Below are positions 52,621 through 64,000 of a stretch of DNA of 64,000 nucleotides, piece by piece. The notes below the pieces were generated by a model, which made no database searches, was not told the DNA's origin, and saw only the letters and a program-made list of their open reading frames with translations. The position numbers were made by a program, and so were the translations under genes. Position 1 is the stretch's first letter; every line of letters begins with the position of its first letter. The DNA is from Octopus sinensis (taxonomy: Eukaryota), in the NCBI RefSeq assembly GCF_006345805.1, contig NC_043008.1, positions 67,704,001 to 67,768,000 on the forward strand. The letters are read 5' to 3'.

Positions 52621-53893
52621 TTGGGTTGGCAACTAAGTTCCTGCCGTTTATTTTAATAAAAAATTTTTTAAGGTTTAATAAAAAATAACAACAAATTAAT
52701 CAATAATGTATTAACCCTTGTTGTTTACAACTTCTTCCCAATATTCAATAAGATTTTCAATACCTCGTTGGTGGAAATCACCCGATTTCGACTCGAAAAA
52801 TTGATCCAACCAAGCTCTCAATTCTGCATCAGTATTGAACGGAACTCCGCGCATAGCATTTTAAAGAGATCGAAAGAGGTAGAAATTCGCTGGTGCCAAA
52901 TCAAGAGAGTATGGCGGGTGTGCAGCATTTCCCAGCCATGCGTTTGAATGGCTTCCTTGGTCATATTGGCGATGAAGGCGGGCATTGTCACGCTGCAGAC
53001 TCCATGCTACCGATTAGGTCTTTTCTCTTGAATAGCCGTGTTGAGTCGTTCATCTCTTGAACATAGAGTTCCCCGTTGACCGTTTGGTTTCTTTCAAGCA
53101 ATTCGTAATGGATAATTCCTTCCCAGTCCCACCATATGCACAACATCATTTTACGCGGATGAAGATCTTGTTTCACGCGCGGTGTCGCTTGTTTACCGGG
53201 GCTAAGCCATTCTTTACGCTGCTTCATATTGATGTACAGGCACCATTTTTCATCGCCAGAAACGATTCGGTAAAGAAATCGTTGCTTGTGTCCATGAGTT
53301 GAGCGCTGACGAGCAAGCAAACCAGCGGAGACTGTGGCTCGTTGATTTTTGTTGTTGTCACTTAAAGCATGCTCCATACATCTGAACCTTTCCCATCGAG
53401 TGAAGATGCTTCTCTGTAGCAGTGTGGGAGCATTCCATTTTCTCTGCCAGTTCCCTTGTCGTTTGACGAGAATTTTCGTGCAAAAGTTGGTTTAATCGCT
53501 TTTCATCGAACTCAACTGGACGGCCAGAACGAGGTGCGTCTTTGAGGTCAAAATTTCCATTTTTGAACTTGGCATACCAATCACGAGCGGTTCTTTCAGC
53601 TATGGCACCCTCTCCATACACAGCACAAATGTCGCGAGAAGCTTTTGCGGCCTTAGAACCTTGATTAAAAGCAAAAAGGAAGTGTCGAAAATGCTCGTTT
53701 TTCTTAACTTGACATTTCATTTTCATGATCTGAAACAAAAATTAACTAAAGTTAACTAGAAAAAAAAAACATAATAGATTCCAAAATGATTCAAAAATAG
53801 AATTCTCGAAAAAAAAAAATAGATTCCAAAATTTAAAAACGCAATAAATTCCAAAATTAAAGAAAAAACAGCGGGAACTAATTGCCAACCCAA
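52621..53893 (-). mobile_element. Full-length (1273 bp) mariner transposon, inactive
   Basis: TIR TTGGGTTGGCAACTAAGTTCCTGCCGTTT / reverse TTGGGTTGGCAATTAGTTCCCGCTGTTT; TA TSD at 52619-52620 and 53894-53895. Confidence 0.95.
52696..53720 (-). pseudogene. Mariner transposase pseudogene
   Basis: MKCQVKKNEHFRH, IVSGDEKWCLY, MLCIWWDWEGIIHYELL, RDNARLH, HPPYSLDLAPANFYLF (third D replaced by N); frameshifts. Confidence 0.92.
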
Positions 53894-54460
53894 TAGATAA
53901 AGACAAAGCAACGAATTGAAACCTGATGTTGATTTTTATTTAGACAATACCAACATTCGTTTCCTTGGGTTGATACTTTGACACAGTATAAGGGCATTTC
54001 TCAAAGCAATTATTAATAACTTATGAAAGTGTCCTGCTGTAACACAGGAAACATCTCTTGTGAAATTATGTCCGATACTTTTCTGAAAGTTTCTGAGACA
54101 AGGACACATCAAATAATCCTCATTATTTCCTTGATTCTCCATGAACTAGAATGGAATTTTAAATATTTTATCGCTTCATTTGACTGCGAATCTTTTATAG
54201 TAACGATTCAAAGTTTAGCGTGAAAAGAGGAAGACCACATCATAATAAAAACGACTAAGAAAAAGGGACAACCTTATAATCTAAGGATTGTCCAGCGATC
54301 TATTTGTATTACTGTTTTATTCCCACGTTTGCTGAGGTATTGACTTCCCAGGAAGTCACTTGTGATCATCAACCTCTTGGTCACTGTTGCCGTCTCAACA
54401 TTGTGAATCACAGTAGAGTTGAGGCATTCTGTCTCACACATTAATTACGTACATACAAGC

Positions 54461-54501
<41 letters not shown>

Positions 54502-54626
54502 TAACAACGAAAGAATGAGACCACGATATCAGATAAATAGAGGATTATTTATATATGTTATACTCGGAGTTTCGAAATTCCGAGTACTATAATGATACCC
54601 TTTTACTGTTTGTTTTCAATTATAAC

Positions 54627-54739
<113 letters not shown>

Positions 54740-54860
54740 GTATATATGTATATATATATGTATATACATATATGTATGTGTGTATAGATAGATAGATAGA
54801 CACAAACAAATATGTGCATGTGCGTGCATGAGTACGTGTGATTGTGTGTGTGCGTGTGAT

Positions 54861-54898
<38 letters not shown>

Positions 54899-55833
54899 TG
54901 CTCTTTACATTTACCCATCTAAAGCTGAACTTCATTAACAAACATATGCAAGAAGTAGTTATTGGCAGGCCAGACAATGCACTAGAGATCCAGGAAACGA
55001 GTCATATGTATAACACAAGGTTTCTTCAACTAAAGTAAATTATGATCCTAGTTTTGTAGATCCAACGACCTTCAAATCTAAAAACGCTAAAAAAACAAAT
55101 TATGCAAGAACAAACAGCTGCCAATAATCAATGCAAACATTTGGAACATTTGCTTAATTGGGATTAAGCATCCAACGAAAGAATTCCGGACAATATCGCA
55201 TGAAAGCTAATGATGAAAAACTTCAGTGCACTACCCGACATTGCAGCAAGTCCAGTGTCACAGTATTGATCACCGGAGGCCTGTACTACAATGAGCGGCT
55301 TCTTGTCCCAATTATGACTGTTTGCTGTATTCAGACATAAACAGAAGCCTCATAAAAATTCATAGAGTACAGTATTGTGTCAGTAAATCAGATGTTATGA
55401 TTCAATTATTCTTCTAAAACATCATTCGAACCACTACAACGATTCTTCGTTTACAGATACTATGGTTAAGATTTAGAATATATTTGTTACTTATTTTACA
55501 TCCTTTTTCTGGTACCTTAAGTGATTGCCTTGTTTGTCTCATGCGTAGCACCTGCCTTGCATTGTAGAAACCAAAAGAAAATAAAACCAATCCGAATTTA
55601 AAATAAGATATAATCAAAAGATTCGAGAGTCCGGTGAGATTCTTAGGTTAAATTATAGTAAAAGGTCATTTACTCTAAGTTTAACGTGAAATGACAAATA
55701 TCACATCATCATGATGAATATGATGAATATGACGATGAAACAGGGAACGAAAAATGTAGAGGATTGTCCACCAATCTATTTGTATTACTATTTTTTATTC
55801 CCACGTTGGCTGAGGTATTGACTTGACAAGAGG

Positions 55834-60430
<4,597 letters not shown>

Positions 60431-60654
60431 CTGTAACTAATAAATTAAGACGACGAGATTTCGTCCAGTAACACATACGTGGTTTTCTCCCTATGTACAA
60501 ACAAAACAAGTCGTTCAGTGAATTGTCAATATACATAGACATCATACATATAAATCAACCATAGAGCTGAATGAACAAGACCGTCGTATGAGGTTTAATC
60601 CTCGTTTGTCTTGTACACGTAAATGTATACATCAGTCTGCATTATATATATATA

Positions 60655-60777
<123 letters not shown>

Positions 60778-60931
60778 CTTCTAATTCAATTAAATTCTAT
60801 GTCTTGTGCAGCTGAAGATTGATCTACATTTTAAATTGATGTAATGCAATAACTGCATTGTTCAATTAAATGGAGTCGCATGAAACAATCGTACTGTATT
60901 ACCTCTGGATATCCTTGTTGCTTATTTTGAT

Positions 60932-60987
<56 letters not shown>

Positions 60988-60996
60988 CATATATAC

Positions 60997-61033
<37 letters not shown>

Positions 61034-61087
61034 ATATATATATATATATATACATATATATATACATATACATACATACATACATAC

Positions 61088-61118
<31 letters not shown>

Positions 61119-61119
61119 C

Positions 61120-61164
<45 letters not shown>

Positions 61165-63560
61165 TATATACATATATATATACATATATACATATACTTA
61201 TATACATATATACTTATATACATATATACTTATATATATATATATATATATGTGAAAATAGATGCTATGTGTGTGTGTATATATGCTTCTATATTTACAT
61301 ATATGTATATATATACATACACACACAAAAAAAATAGATAGACAGATAGATAGATATTGTATATGCATACATGTATAAACTATATTTACGTATATTATAT
61401 ATATATACATACATGCATATAACACAAGACAGAAACATACATACGTATTATAATGACTTGACGATCATTTCCTATAACAATCAATATTAAACTTTTAGTA
61501 ATTAAGCCATGCTGACATTACACATTCTTTATGCTTTCAATGAATCTCAAATTTCTTAGCTTGTAGATTCTTTTGTCTTTCACGTCCTTGGCATTCTCAA
61601 AGGAGTGTTGGGTTGTACTACTACGTTATCACGACAGGAAATAACAGTTATTTGAATTGATCTATGTTTGGGTGAAATGAATACGTTCAACCCAGTAGGT
61701 CTGGCAATTTTAGACACATTACATTGCCTACGACCTACTAGCGGTAACGCAATGCCTTCCCTTTCATTTTTTTCGTCTTAAACAATTGCTATTTCTTTCT
61801 TCCACTTTTCCGTTCTTCATTTCTCTCCCCACTTCTTATCGTTCTTCCTTTCATATTTTCTTGCAGAGGAATTTCCTATAGAATAATGGGAACGAACGTT
61901 GTTCTTATCTAATTGAACTCTCAAACCTTCCTTTGGGTAGGTTGGGTACTTTGTCTTATGTACATATATAGAAGTTCATCATCCATCTTTCTATAACGTT
62001 CGTGAAATAGCGTTTCGTTAAATATGTGTTTCAACACTCAGCGCTCTGAGTTCAAATCACATCTAGTTCAACTTTGTTTTTTCATCTTTTTGATGTTGAT
62101 AAATAAACATTAATTCTGGGCAGAGGTGTTGCAGCGTTGTTATGGTATCAAATGAGACGTCTTGCACACACACAGACACGCTCGTGCAGACACACTCATG
62201 TGCACACACACATTAATTTTCGTATTCAATAGAAAATTCTCTAAGCTATATTTTTGGATACAAAACCCCACTCAAGTAGGGAGGTTTTGTTGGCCGAAAC
62301 ATATCCATGTATCGGTGTTTTTTTATATTTGGAAAAACTTCAGTAAATATCAATTCCCCAATTCTTATTTTGTTTAAAATTGCAGTTAGGTTATCATATA
62401 GCTGTTATACTTATCCGTGAGACAAGGATCTTATTTTCTTAAACTATTGATATATATTACGGAGATGTACTTGCATAGCGAGTGACTTGATCTGAGATCG
62501 TACGCTGCAATTATTAATATATAGTTGATAAAATTGACCTTAGTACATGGTTGCTCATTTATTTTTATCGACGTGAAATCTGCAAAACAAACTCTTTTCC
62601 ATCGATCTTCCTAGACATTTGTTCTATACCAAGTCAGAAATATACCCGTGTCACTCTTACCGTCAGCAATACAATGAACCCGTTAGAAGCCAGTTAGAGA
62701 CATCGTTTGTTATTCACCATTAATATTATGAAATAAAAGAAACCAACCAAAGACCAACATCTACACTTTCAAAAACTGGTCCTTATAATCCCATAGAAAA
62801 TTTAGATGTTATCATGTCGTTATTTCATTTTCACAATCAGTTTTCGTCTTTCAGATGTGAGTCTTGTTTCCTGTTTTATTTTTTCCATAACTTGTAGTTT
62901 TTTTTTAATTTTCTAACTCTCTTCTCTTTCCTCTCTTATTTATTCCATTTCTTATCTAAAACGTTTTATTTTCTTTGTTTATTTTTTTCTTCCTTCAAAC
63001 ACTCTGCAAGCTGCTGTTTTCGTGCATTAGAATTGAAATATAACATTCTTTAACAGAAACGCATTTCGCAGAAAGCACACACACACACACATATACACAC
63101 ACACATTACGCACACACATCAAATACAAACACATGCATACACATACACACCCAAACGAAAAACAAACAAATATATTAAGTTAATGGAATTCTTTATGTTT
63201 TATATTTGTTCAAAAGACGTTGGTCACAGTTCAGAGACGTTAACGAATTTAAGTAACTTCCTGTTAAAGAATCCTCTATCAGCCTTTCCCGTGGGCGTCT
63301 TCAGTGTTGTTGCCAGAGAACAAGAAATACTCACGTCCCTCCACCACCGCCGGGTCGAAAGTATGAAACATGTCCACACCTACTATTACATGTGTAACCA
63401 TATAAATATATGTTGTATTGGCTTTTAATTATATGGAATTTTAGTCCCCCATGGCAAATATTTCATGTTTATATGCATACTTGTAAGAGTATACATATAT
63501 ACATACAAACATATACGCGTGCGCGCTCATATATACACACATATGCATGGTCATACACGC

Positions 63561-63597
<37 letters not shown>

Positions 63598-63683
63598 CTC
63601 ACCTGCAGACACATACATACATACATACATACATACATACATACATACATACATACATACATACATACATACATACATACATA

Positions 63684-63855
63684 CGGGTGCGTAAGGTATT
63701 TAAGAACAAATTTGTTCTTTTAGAAAAACATACATAAAATAACAAAAGTTTTTTAATGAAAAAATTTGTAGGCATAAACTAGATTATCTTCCTTCTAATC
63801 TTGTTCAGTGTAGCCACCTTCAGTATCAATAATTGCATCTCTCTATAATACACCA
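63684..63855 (-). mobile_element. Mariner 3' terminal fragment
   Basis: TA|CGGGTGCGTAAGG end; the reverse frame DAIIDTEGGYTEQD* resembles a transposase C-terminus. Confidence 0.55.
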
Positions 63856-63859
63856 ATAA

Positions 63860-64000
63860 TAAAATAGTTTCAAATTTTAACACAAGGCTGGCAATTTTTT
63901 GGAGTGGTGGTGAGGGAGACATGTCTATTGCATCAGCTCCACTGCTCAACAGGTACTTATTTTATCAACCCCCGAAAGGATGAAAAGTAAAAACGACGTC
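63860..64000 (-). mobile_element. Family A SINE 3' part, runs off the window
   Basis: GGTACTTATTTTATCAACCCCCGAAAGGATGAAAAG. Confidence 0.75.

Noticed and set aside
63230-63310. Minus-strand CTGAAGA CGCCCACGG GAAA
   Set aside because: Stem II cannot form beyond one pair, and there is no stem III/UH or stem I.

Overview
AT-rich eukaryotic genomic DNA, most likely an octopus (coleoid cephalopod). This inference rests on the dense (TA)n/(TACA)n/(TAGA)n/(AAT)n microsatellites and on tRNA-derived SINE families I recognise from octopus sequence; no search was run. The window is intronic/intergenic and repeat-dominated. It holds about 25 copies of a Meta-domain-like SINE, about 8 CORE-like SINEs, seven decayed Tc1/mariner elements with seven different ends, two RTE-clade LINE relics, three R4/Dong-like (RLE) LINE relics, two nested MITEs and several Penelope-like terminal modules. 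There is no intact long CDS, CRISPR array, rRNA or true tRNA gene, and almost all ORF-track entries are microsatellite artefacts. Best unexplained signals: (1) a near-canonical type I hammerhead ribozyme at 15289-15373, with two more decayed hammerhead-like modules within 6 kb, one in a perfect 50-bp hairpin and one in a 469-bp unit with a terminal direct repeat (Penelope pLTR/retrozyme-like); (2) a locally duplicated/triplicated block at 54-59 kb with candidate minus-strand exons for small Cys-rich peptides; (3) an RFX X-box/ETS/CRE/E-box motif cluster at 33.2-33.7 kb; (4) an RTE LINE ending in three C2H2 fingers. All gene models are manual and low confidence.
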